Assembly: GCA_951406725.2 (NCBI GenBank)
Contig: OX597831.1
Location: 22,878,001-22,942,000, forward strand
Length of the DNA stretch: 64,000 bases
Reading direction: 5' to 3'
Source of the DNA: Octopus vulgaris
Taxonomy: Eukaryota
Under the pieces are notes generated by a model that saw only the letters and a program-made list of their open reading frames with translations, made no database searches and was not told the DNA's origin. The position numbers and the translations under genes were made by a program. This document shows, piece by piece, positions 54,109 through 64,000 of the stretch (its first letter is position 1; the number at the start of each line of letters is the position of its first letter).

Positions 54109-54743
54109 GGACAAAGTGGTGAAACTGTATGGCATATTACCAGTCAATGTACGCCACTAGCCCAGAAGGAATATAAGAGCCGCCACGACAATATAGCCAG
54201 ACTTATCCATTAGACACTTTGCAACAAGTATGGACTTGACAGAGTAAAAAGTTGGTATGACCACAAACCCGAAGGCACAATCGAAAATGATAATACAAAG
54301 ATCCTGTAGGATCTTATGATTCAGTGTGACCGTGAGATAGAGAATAGGAAGCCAGACATAGTCTTAATTAAGAAAGAAAGCAAACTATGCTGCATCATAG
54401 ATATAGCATGCCCAGCTGATAACAAGGTATGCGATAAGGAAGAAAGAAAAATCAAGAGATATGGCAGGTTAGCTTGGGTAGTTAAGCAGTTGTGGTCGAT
54501 GAAAAAGGTAGCAGTAGTATCAATAATTGTCGGAGCCCTGGGAACAGTGAGCAAAAATCTTGAAAAGTACATGGAACAAACAGGGGCTGCAATAGGGGTG
54601 GAGCACTTACAGAAAACAGCACTGCTTGGAACCGCTTGAATACTCCAGAAGGTGCTTGACAAATAAGAGGTATTACCTCAGTTCACTGGCAGTGAACAGC
54701 TGACACCGTAGTACATCTCCAGCATTAGAAGCTGTGCAAAGGC
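54109..54743 (+). mobile_element. R4/Dong-clade non-LTR retrotransposon 3' end in an (AAT)n tract
   Basis: ETVWHITSQC...YKSRHDNIA...RKPDIV...IIDIACP...KIKRY...IVGALG...LQKTALLGTA with in-frame stops; AAT repeats on both flanks. Confidence 0.88.
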
Positions 54744-54756
54744 AATAATAATAATC

Positions 54757-55125
54757 ATTTCTACTATAAGCACAAAGCGTGAAATTGGGAGGGAGGGGGC
54801 CTGTTGATTAGACTGACCCCAGTATGCAACTAGTACTTAGTTTATCGACCCTAAAAGGATGAAAAGCAAAGTCAACCGTGGCAGAATTTGACCTCAGAAT
54901 GTAAAGACCATGAAATGCTGCTAAGAATTTTGCCCAGCCTACTAATGAGTCTGTCAGCTCACCATCTTAATAATAATAATAATAACAACCCTTTTTATTA
55001 TAGGCAAGAGGCCTGAAGTTTTGGAGTAGGGGGCCAGTAGATTACATTGACCCCCGCCCCAGTCCTTGAATAGTACTTACTTTATTGATCCTGAAAAGTT
55101 AAAAAAAGTAGTCAACATTGACAGA
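54757..55125 (-). mobile_element. SINE family B copies, diverged
   Basis: Core match at 54760-54965 plus a partial copy. Confidence 0.7.
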
Positions 55126-55399
55126 AAAACAATAATAAAATTGACAGGGGAAGATGAAAGAATGGGAGATGATAGATGGGAAGTGAGTGGATAGGCTACA
55201 AGAGTGTCTGCCTCTCCTTCCTCCTCCTCCCTCTCTCCATGTTTTATATATATATATATGATGTGTGCATGTATGTACACATATATATACACACACATAT
55301 ACATCTATCTATATATATATCTAAAGAAATTTTTATAAAAATATTTTGTCACTTGTCTGTTTGTCTCTCTCATAAATAGTCCATAACTATTGAACATAT

Positions 55400-56270
55400 G
55401 TCTTGCCATATTGAATGGGCTATTTCTTTTTATATGAGACAGACAGCAAAATCTAAAATCTAAGTATTGGTTTCAGACCATCTTCTCACAGTAAGGATCC
55501 TTTGTAATGATCTCATTTTCTTTAATTACCAAAATGTTCAAAAAAAGAAAGCTTTCTCAAATTGGATTAGTTCATGAATGCTGTCTATTACTTTAAAGAA
55601 TCATATTCTGTTCCAAAATATGAAGCAGCCATCCAGGTATCTTTTTCAGTTATTTTTAAAGAGGTTTGAAAATACAAATGAAAAGTAATCCCAGATTATC
55701 ATTATTTTTTCCATCACAGTAACCCAGTTATTATTGTTGCAAATATGGGGGCAACTTTCCTGCCCATTGCTGTCCCTTTCAGTTGAAGGAAATATTGATT
55801 ATCAAAAGAGAAATTATGGTTTTCTGGTGCCAATACAGCTAGTATAATTTATTTTGAGAATCTCTCCTGTACCCTGTGTAGATATCTGCTTATCCAAAAT
55901 TCTACTGCTTCTAATCCTAATCCATGTGGTTATTTTTGTAGAAGTTGGTCACATCAAAACTAACCAAAATTGTCTCTATATTCGCTTTCTCTGGAACATA
56001 GTTAAGGAAGACCATATCATATTGAAGAACTGATTTGCCAAATGGCTTTAGAATGATGCCCAGCAATTTGATGATGATCCCACAAGAATTGGGGATACTT
56101 CTAAATCAGACAATTTGGGTATCTTTATATATGGTATACAGATTTCCTTTTAGCTTTACGAATTCTTGATAATCTATAAAAGTTACTTGTTTTTTATCTC
56201 AAAATTAATAAGGTGACCTACATCCTTTTCCATTCAGTCGTTTTTAAATCTTCCACTAAATTTACCAAAT
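55400..56270 (-). pseudogene. Penelope-like element reverse transcriptase remnant
   Basis: Minus-strand ILVSFDV, PHGLGLEAVEFW, ENHNFSFDNQYFLQLKGTAMGRKVAPIF, KRYLDGCFIFW; stops and frameshifts. Confidence 0.85.
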
Positions 56271-56297
56271 CTGATCATTTTTTTACTTAATGTAACC

Positions 56298-56490
56298 GTG
56301 TGTGTATTGTTGGCGATTTTCTTCCCCCGTCTTCCCTTCCTTTGGACTTCCCTCTATTTCCGAAGAAGAGCTGTGCTCAAAATGTTAAATCCTCTATTCT
56401 TCCTTTCCTGAGTGTCTGATAAAACAGTACTTGTACCACACCCTTACGTTATTGTTTTTTCTTGTTTGTTCTTCTTTGTTTGGCTTCACT
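56298..56490 (+). mobile_element. Short PLE-like terminal fragment with degenerate hammerhead
   Basis: Paralog of 49370-49558; ATTT-CCGAAGA-A-GAGC-tgt-GCTC-AAA-ATGT-T-AAAT. Confidence 0.6.
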
Positions 56491-56684
56491 ATACATATAT
56501 ATGTGTGTGTGTGTGTGTCTGTGCATATAAGTTGGAGAAGAACCACCATGAAGCAATTCAACAATGATATATTTAAATCATACCATATAGAAAAAAATTA
56601 GATATGATAAAACATTTACCTAAAAGTAAATAAAGTACTAAATAATAAATGAATAGTATATAATTAGTAAACAGTATTCCCTAA

Positions 56685-56726
<42 letters not shown>

Positions 56727-56744
56727 CATTATTATTATTATTAT

Positions 56745-56782
<38 letters not shown>

Positions 56783-56990
56783 TAAAATTTATTGGCAGTA
56801 TCTAGTAATTTTTCATTGCTTTATAAAAGTGTTTTCTTTTAACATAATTGCATTTCATTTTATTGGTCTACTTTGTTTTCCATTATTGATGATCAAACTG
56901 AGCTTCATTCAAGTTGCATGTCTTGTCAACACTCTTCACACATGAATGGCATGTGTAGCACAACTGTGTATATATATATATATATATGAA

Positions 56991-57185
56991 AGAAGAAAAT
57001 GGATACAATAACAATGGGAAACTCGTGGTTTATGTTGGTATGTCTTTAACTAAATAGGTAACAAAGAAGGAAGAAGCAGAGATGCGGGTAGCATCTCTGG
57101 TTTTTCCTTCTTTTTTACCTATTTAATTAAGGACATACCAGCGTAAACCACGAGTTTCCCATTGTTATTTTATCCATTTTCTTCT
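56991..57185. repeat. Hairpin with about 95-bp arms and a 5-nt loop
   Basis: 56991-57085 vs 57091-57185, loop GGGTA. Confidence 0.9.
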
Positions 57186-57329
57186 CCTATATAACTTAAA
57201 CTCTGGTATACCAGTCGAACCACTTGCTACGGTACAACCTTACAAAAGACTGTACCTGCCCAGAGAATAGCCAGGAGTGACTCTGGATTTAATTATCCCT
57301 TAGAGGTATTAAACCCCTCTAACTTGATA

Positions 57330-57369
<40 letters not shown>

Positions 57370-57750
57370 TAAATTAGAGATAAAACCACTATTAGGCAAA
57401 TCATACAATAAAAAACTTAAGCCAATACATAAGATTAATTAATTTATATTATTTTAAATATATCAAAATTATTAAAAAAAATATAATTAGTACAACACAA
57501 CAATCGTTTCATGGCTGTCCAATTCGTAAAAATTCGAGTTACAGTCATTCTTCAGATGATTGAAATATTTTACTTAGCGAGGTTTAATCAATGTTTAATC
57601 AATTACTAGTTAGGGTGCCTAGTCGGGTAATCTATAGTTACCTTGATACTTTACTGGTCAGAGTTAGCTATGTACTGGACTCTCTCCATTGTACTTATCT
57701 CAGCTTCCGTGGTATGACCACCTGGGGTTGTCCTAACTAGAATATTAACC

Positions 57751-57789
<39 letters not shown>

Positions 57790-57880
57790 AAAAAGGGTGA
57801 AATATAATTAATTTAATAAAATTAATAAATTTCACCTAGTAGATTTTTCGGTATGGAAAAGACCATATTTGGTAAGAATT

Positions 57881-58004
57881 ATATTAATTATAATAAAGGT
57901 TAATTGCAACAAGTTGCTCAAATTTTCGGTATATTATTTTCTATTATTTTTGGTATGTGGTTTTGAGCAACTTGTTGCAATTAACCCTTTATTATAATTA
58001 ATAT
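57881..58004. repeat. Inverted repeat with 42-bp arms
   Basis: ATATTAATTATAATAAAGGTTAATTGCAACAAGTTGCTCAAA and its near-perfect reverse complement. Confidence 0.85.
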
Positions 58005-58156
58005 ATATATATATATATGTAATACACACGTATATAATCTCACATGCATATATATGTGTCTGTGTATATATGTATACATGTATTTGCATGTGTATATATA
58101 TATATGTATACATAAATACATATAAATTATTGCAACCAAAGAGCAACAAGTATATT

Positions 58157-58744
58157 CATCACTAAAGCAACAGAGGGTATTAGTGAGCCCTGGCATTGCT
58201 AGAAATAAGTCAAATCAACCTCTTAGCCACATGATAACACTTTTCTAACAACTGGATTCCATTTCACTTGTTGTAGGGAGGGAACTTGTCTCCCTTGTCA
58301 GTCATTAGAAAAGTGCTCACACATGGCTAAGAGTTGTTTTGACTCTTATTTCTAGCAATGCCAGAGCTCACTAGCACCCTCTGTCACTTTAGTGATGGCC
58401 ATAATTCTTACCTTTCTAGTGTTAATTGCAAATAGCCACCTTAATAATTTACAATTCTCACCTTATCATTTTTGGAATCAGTCGATGTTTCCTATGGTGT
58501 TTTCTGTAAGGGTGACAAGGTGAGTTAGGTTCTTTAACCCTTGGTCATGGAGTAATGGGTTACTGATGAAGGTTAATCAAATCTGAAATCGATGGTGATA
58601 TGACTCCATCTCACTTGTTATAGTCAAGGAGACTGTCTCTCTTGTCAGCCATTAGTAAAGTGCTCTCAAGTGACTAAGTGTTGCTTTGACTCTTATTTCT
58701 AGCAATGCTGGTGCTCACTAGCAGCCTCTGTCACTTTAGTAATG
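58157..58744 (+). mobile_element. Non-coding hammerhead-bearing retroelement (retrozyme/PLE-like): inverted arm, 347-bp unit, partial second unit
   Basis: 58157-58254 inverted vs 58299-58397; 58255-58397 directly repeated at 58602-58744; hammerhead at the unit junction. Confidence 0.75.
58557..58606 (+). ncRNA. Type I hammerhead ribozyme
   Basis: GGGTTA-CTGATGA-AGGTT aatca AATCT-GAA-ATCG atgg TGAT-A-TGACTC; all core nucleotides present, three stems pair (some G-U), AUA cleavage after 58600. Confidence 0.8.
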
Positions 58745-58910
58745 ACTATTCTTGTTGCTTCTAAATACATATACATACATATATATATATATATATATAT
58801 TTATATATGTGCATATATATATATAATGTATATATACATATATATGTGTGTGTGTGTTTATGTATATATATATATATATGTAATGTATGTATATATATAA
58901 TGTATGTATG

Positions 58911-58953
<43 letters not shown>

Positions 58954-59967
58954 GTGTACATATGTGCTTGCTTTCATATATGCATATGTGCATTCGTGTG
59001 CGTCTGTGCATATCAGTTCTATGCTCTTATAAAGACTGATTCAATTCTCAATGGGGCCACACAAATTTGTGAAATTTAAAAGAAGAAAAAAATCGAACAA
59101 ACAAACAAGAAAAACACCCACCAATAAAAACGTTAAAATAACCTACCAACTTCGCTGTCGACTAAGTGTGGTGTATATAACCTCAAGTAAAAATCGTAAC
59201 TAAATCAGTGTAGTTCGATGGATGGTATTATTGCTCGTGTAATTAGACTTAATGAGATAGAGGCAAAATTATAAATCTATTAAAACCAGCAGTTGGCTTC
59301 GTGAAATTCTTGTCAAACACATTATTGTGTGAAAAAATCTGCTTTGCTCTCTTCTTTGTTTTTTGAACACAATTACTGTGAAACTAAAAGTGTGGTATTT
59401 TTACATTAATTATTCAGGCTGCGCATGTTAGGTGGTATGCATGTGTGCATGTGTGTTTTGTTTTTTTATTATTTAAAAAATTTTTTGATTTATTTATTTC
59501 TTTTTGTTTTATTTATTTGTTTGTTTTTTTTTTTTTTTCTTTGATTCACCATTTGTCTTTTATGGTTGGAATCACTTTATCTGAAATCTTTTGAGTGCCG
59601 TTAATTACTGCAGGTTTTCTCTTGTGAAAATTTTACATTTTGGTTTAATAGGTGCAGATTACATGCTTCTGAAGGGGAGAAAAAAAAATAAATAAAACAG
59701 AGAAAATTCTGTGAAAATTTGGTCTGCAATTGTTGCTGCCTCAGACTAATATTGTCAAGGCTCTGTGATTCCTGCTTCCTCGTGTTGTCTTTGAGGAACG
59801 GCATTTGCGGAACTAAACATTACTCCAGCATTCGCATGCTTGCCACATAATTTATCTTCAACGTGAAATCTACCACATGCACAACTCATTGTCAGCGCTG
59901 TCTGCTAGTCCATGAAGGAAGATTAATTCCTTAATGAAGATGAATTTATGTATATATATATATATAT

Positions 59968-60090
59968 TGGGTCATCCCATAAATAATGCAGTTTTTTTGT
60001 ACTTCTTTTACTTTTCAAAACTAAGATAAACAAAGTTCTGTTCTAATATAAATTATACTCTCCTTCATTTTCTACAATGCTCTTCCATCT
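59968..60090 (-). mobile_element. Mariner 3' end fragment
   Basis: RWKSIVENEGEYNLY* followed by the TIR terminus TA|TTGGGTCATCCCATAAAT. Confidence 0.75.
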
Positions 60091-60156
60091 ATCGGTTGTC
60101 AAGCAATGTTGGGGAGACAAAGGTAGACACACAAACATACACACACACACACACAT

Positions 60157-60245
<89 letters not shown>

Positions 60246-60410
60246 TACATACAGGCTACTTTCAGTTTCCATCTACCAAATCCACTCACAAGGCTTTGGT
60301 CAGCCCGAGGCCATAGTAGAAGACACTTGCCCAAGGTGCCATGCAGTGGGACTGAACCCAGAGCCATGTGGTTGGTAAGCAAGCTACTTACCACACAGCT
60401 ACTCCTACGC
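60091..60410 (-). mobile_element. SINE family A, 3'-truncated
   Basis: Reverse-complement match. Confidence 0.85.
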
Positions 60411-60439
60411 TTATTAAGTGAAAATAATAATAATAATAA

Positions 60440-60470
<31 letters not shown>

Positions 60471-60693
60471 AATTCCTACTATAGGCAAAAGAACCGTAAA
60501 TTTTAGCAAGAGAGGACAAATCGATCCCAATGACCCCAGTGTTGACCTGGTACTCATTTCATTGACCCCGATATGATGAAAGGGCAAAAGTCAACTTCTG
60601 AACTTAGAACGGTTAGACCCGGAAGAAATGCCACTCAGCACTTTTCACTGACGTACTTATGATTCTGCCAGTTCATAACCATAATAGCAAAAA

Positions 60694-60765
<72 letters not shown>

Positions 60766-61058
60766 CAGTAGTATTAGTAAAATGCAAAGTGGATTTCGTT
60801 TCTCGTGTCTGTCTGTTGAGTTCTAGGAAATCAATTATAACCAGTCTTTGGAAATGGTTTCAATGTAATTAAAATATGAAGAAACGAGACTTAATTTCAT
60901 TTCAGTCTGTCACAGTTGGGGGCTTTTGGTTAAAAATGTCAAATTGTCGAAAATATACCATTGCATTTAGACAATGATAATTAGTCTCTATCTGTAGATC
61001 AATCTATAGGCAGCTCTCTGTCTCTATTTCTGCAAACCCCCACCTCTCTCTTTTTCTG

Positions 61059-61136
<78 letters not shown>

Positions 61137-61207
61137 CATATATACATATTTGCATATATATATATGCATGTATATATATACATATATATATATACATATA
61201 TACATAC

Positions 61208-61253
<46 letters not shown>

Positions 61254-61804
61254 TTTCATCATTATATATACCTGTGGATGAAGTACAGTCAGCCATTATT
61301 CCTAAGCAAGCATGACTTTGAAATATGCAGCACACTTATGGTAATTGTTTTAGATGTGTGTGTGTGTGTCTGTGTATATATATATGTATGTGTGTGTATG
61401 TGTGTGTTATATTCTCTTTTTCTCTCTTCCCTTCTGTATATATACATTTACACACACACACACACAAACACATATACATACATATGTATGTATACATGTG
61501 TATGCCTACATGTGTGTATATACATACACATACGTACTCACACACCCACACACACACACATATATACATATATATATATACATACATATATGTGTATGTT
61601 TGTTTATACAAAGAGAAAGAGAGAGAAGGAAAGAAAGTAACTGAGAAGGCTACAGCATCAGGTAATGACATTCACTACCATTAGAAACATGCAGTTAAAA
61701 TGTAATAAGGAATACTTTATAGTTATTGAGTTCTGTAATTTATCAGTTCTCAGTGAATACACATATCAATATGTATACTTGTTTGTGTGTGTGTGTGTGC
61801 ATTT

Positions 61805-62450
61805 ATCAAGTAGTTATCTGGTTATTAAATTCATGGAGCCAAGTTGTTCTGAGGCAAAACATGAGCTATTGTTCCAACTGGAGAGGCATGGTGTTCAGAA
61901 ATTCTGGTGATGGAGACATGTCAAGATGTATAGTTTGGTTATGTGGATGTGGCATGTAATTAGTAGTACAGCATTGTTTTGACAGACATTCTGAAGGTGC
62001 TTGCAAAATCTTTTGGAATAGTCTCCAAATAGTCTTGCCACCATAGAGCTGAATGTATGGTTTGTATTAGATGTAATTAATAGATGAGGATCCTGCTGTA
62101 CAGGTAAACTGGCAAATAATATAGAAGGAGAAGTTACCATATCTTGTAAGCATAAATAGTCTTTTACAGCAGTGGGGCCAGGTATAAGTAAATGATCTGG
62201 GCTAAAAGTGTGCATGTGTATAGGGGAAAATTTGTGTGGCAGTAAGTTATGCATGTTTTAGCTTTGTGAAATGTACAGGAGAGGTTGCATGGATAAGAAA
62301 TGCAAGAATGAAAGGCCAGATTGGAGTGAAAGTGCATTAGGATCATGCCCTAGTCTGGTAAAATGACAGAATGGTGAGGAGAAAAGAAAAGATATTAAGG
62401 TTGGTTGGACATTGGGCAAAAGGGCAGATATTTAGTCAATATTGCAGGTG
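61805..62450 (-). pseudogene. Heavily decayed Penelope-like GIY-YIG endonuclease region
   Basis: Minus-strand pieces FTCTAGS..INYI, LYGGKTIWRL, RFCKHLQNV, LEQ*LMFCLRT resemble PLE FTC..VIY..LYIGET.R.L..RF.EH...E..LIF.L.T. Confidence 0.55.
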
Positions 62451-62489
62451 GCTTCAGCTAGAACTGAGGAATTAGCCATGCTATAACAA

Positions 62490-62815
62490 GGAGCACTCCG
62501 TTGGTTGCGATGACGAGGGTCCCAACTGATACGATCAACAGAACAGCTTGCTCATGAAATTAACATGCAAGTGACTGAGCAATCCACAGACACGTGTATC
62601 CCTAATGTAGTTCTCAGGGAGATTCAGCATAACACAGAGTGTGACAAGGCTGGCCCCTTGAAATACAGGTACTACTCATTTTTGCCAGCTGAGTGGACTT
62701 GGAGCAACGTGAAATAAAGTGTCTTGCTCAAGGACACAACACGTCACCAGGAATTGAACACATGAAATTACAATCGCGAGCTGAATGCCCTAACCACTAA
62801 GCCACGTTCCTTCAC
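62490..62815 (-). mobile_element. Hybrid SINE: family C head/core with family D tail
   Basis: CTTGAGCAAGACACTTTATTTCACGTTGCTCCA core joined at GTACCTGTATTTCAA to the D tail. Confidence 0.85.
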
Positions 62816-63179
62816 AGCTATATCATGTGACAAATCACACATAATGAGATTAGATCTTAAAGTCAAGATATCCCTGCAGAGGTGGTAGAAGTGAAAGAGC
62901 TGTAGAGATAGGCAGGATTGTAAGTTATTATTAAAGAAATACCTTATAAAGCTCCAGTTTTTTCATTTTATATCAGTATTTTTTAAAGATAGGGATAAAT
63001 ATGTATAAAAAATAACAGCTATTCATATATACATCAAAGCATAAAACAGCTACACGACAACCGATTACAAAATCCCATGAATATGTATGTCTGTGTGTGT
63101 CTGTATGTGTGAGTTTGTATATATATGTGTGTGTATGTATGTATGTATGTATGTATGTATGTATGTATACATATGTGCA

Positions 63180-63219
<40 letters not shown>

Positions 63220-63232
63220 TAGATAGATAGAT

Positions 63233-63668
63233 ATGCTGTGCTTCAGAAGGCCCGGCAAGCCAAGTGAGACCATAATCGTGACCTATGCCAGTGCAACATA
63301 ACCGGCCCATTTCAAGTACCCTTCAATCATTAGGGAATAAACTGTGCTTGCGAAGACCTGTTGGATCAAGTGAAGTCTTTGTCGTGGCTAATGCCAGTAC
63401 TACCTGACTGGCACCCGTGCCGGTGGCACATAAAAATCACCATTTGAGCACGGTCAATGACAGTGCCATCTGACTGGCTTCTGTACCAGTGGCACATTAA
63501 AGCACCATTGCAGACTGGCCGTTGCCAGTGCTGCCTGACTGGCTCCTATGCCAGTGGCATGTAAAAAGCACCCACTCTTGGAGTGGTTGGCGTTAGAAAG
63601 CGCATCCAGCTGTAGAAAACTTACCATATCAGATTTGAGCCTGGTACAGCCTTCTCGTTTGCCAGTCC
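63233..63668 (+). mobile_element. RTE LINE ORF end and 3' UTR, followed by a family A tail (63670-63757)
   Basis: ATGCTGTGCTTCAGAAGGCCCGGCAAG resembles the ORF end near 26000; stem-loop units follow. Confidence 0.75.
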
Positions 63669-64000
63669 TTCCAAAGAATAAGTCATGGGGTCAATGTGCT
63701 TGACTAAAGGCAGTGCTCCAACATGGCCACAGTCAAATGACTGAAACAAGTAAAATAGTGTATGTATGTATGTATGTATGTATTTATTTGTGTGTGTATG
63801 TATGAATGCAAAGCTTACATTGCTTGTTAGCTTGTTGAAGAGAATGAAATCAAAATTGCACCTCTGTCTAATATATAGGAGAGCATGAAATCAAATTACA
63901 CCTTTATTTAATATATAGGAGACATAATATAGAAAATTTAAAACGCAAAGGCTGAACCTGATTTGATTGACGGCAAGCTAGGAAAATTACAGATTCAAAT

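Noticed and set aside
63843-63925. Two-copy tandem duplication of about 42 bp
   Set aside because: Ordinary local duplication with no further structure.

Overview
AT-rich, repeat-saturated eukaryotic DNA. The repeat repertoire points to an octopus (coleoid cephalopod) genome, which is an inference from recognising the SINE/LINE families. It is probably intronic or intergenic: I see no confident host protein-coding exon, and almost all ORFs in the supplied track are microsatellite artefacts. The window holds dozens of tRNA-derived SINEs (four head/core/tail combinations), decayed LINEs (RTE, Expander-like, CR1-like, R4/Dong-like), mariner remnants, a piggyBac-type MITE, a non-autonomous Helitron, and Penelope-like element (PLE) remnants (RT and GIY-YIG). 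The most interesting signal is a set of hammerhead-ribozyme motifs inside short fold-back elements. One complete type I hammerhead (58557-58606) has a predicted cleavage site that coincides with the boundary of a 347-bp tandem unit, a retrozyme/PLE-like architecture. A second minimal hammerhead lies at 18243-18288, and about 7 more copies are degenerate. Also notable are a tRNA-Leu(TAA)/LINE-tail/poly(A) retro-chimera, a textbook recursive-splice-site motif, a nested four-arm palindrome, and a 61-bp stem-loop array in an RTE 3' UTR. Coordinates were read by eye, so ends of degenerate repeats are approximate.
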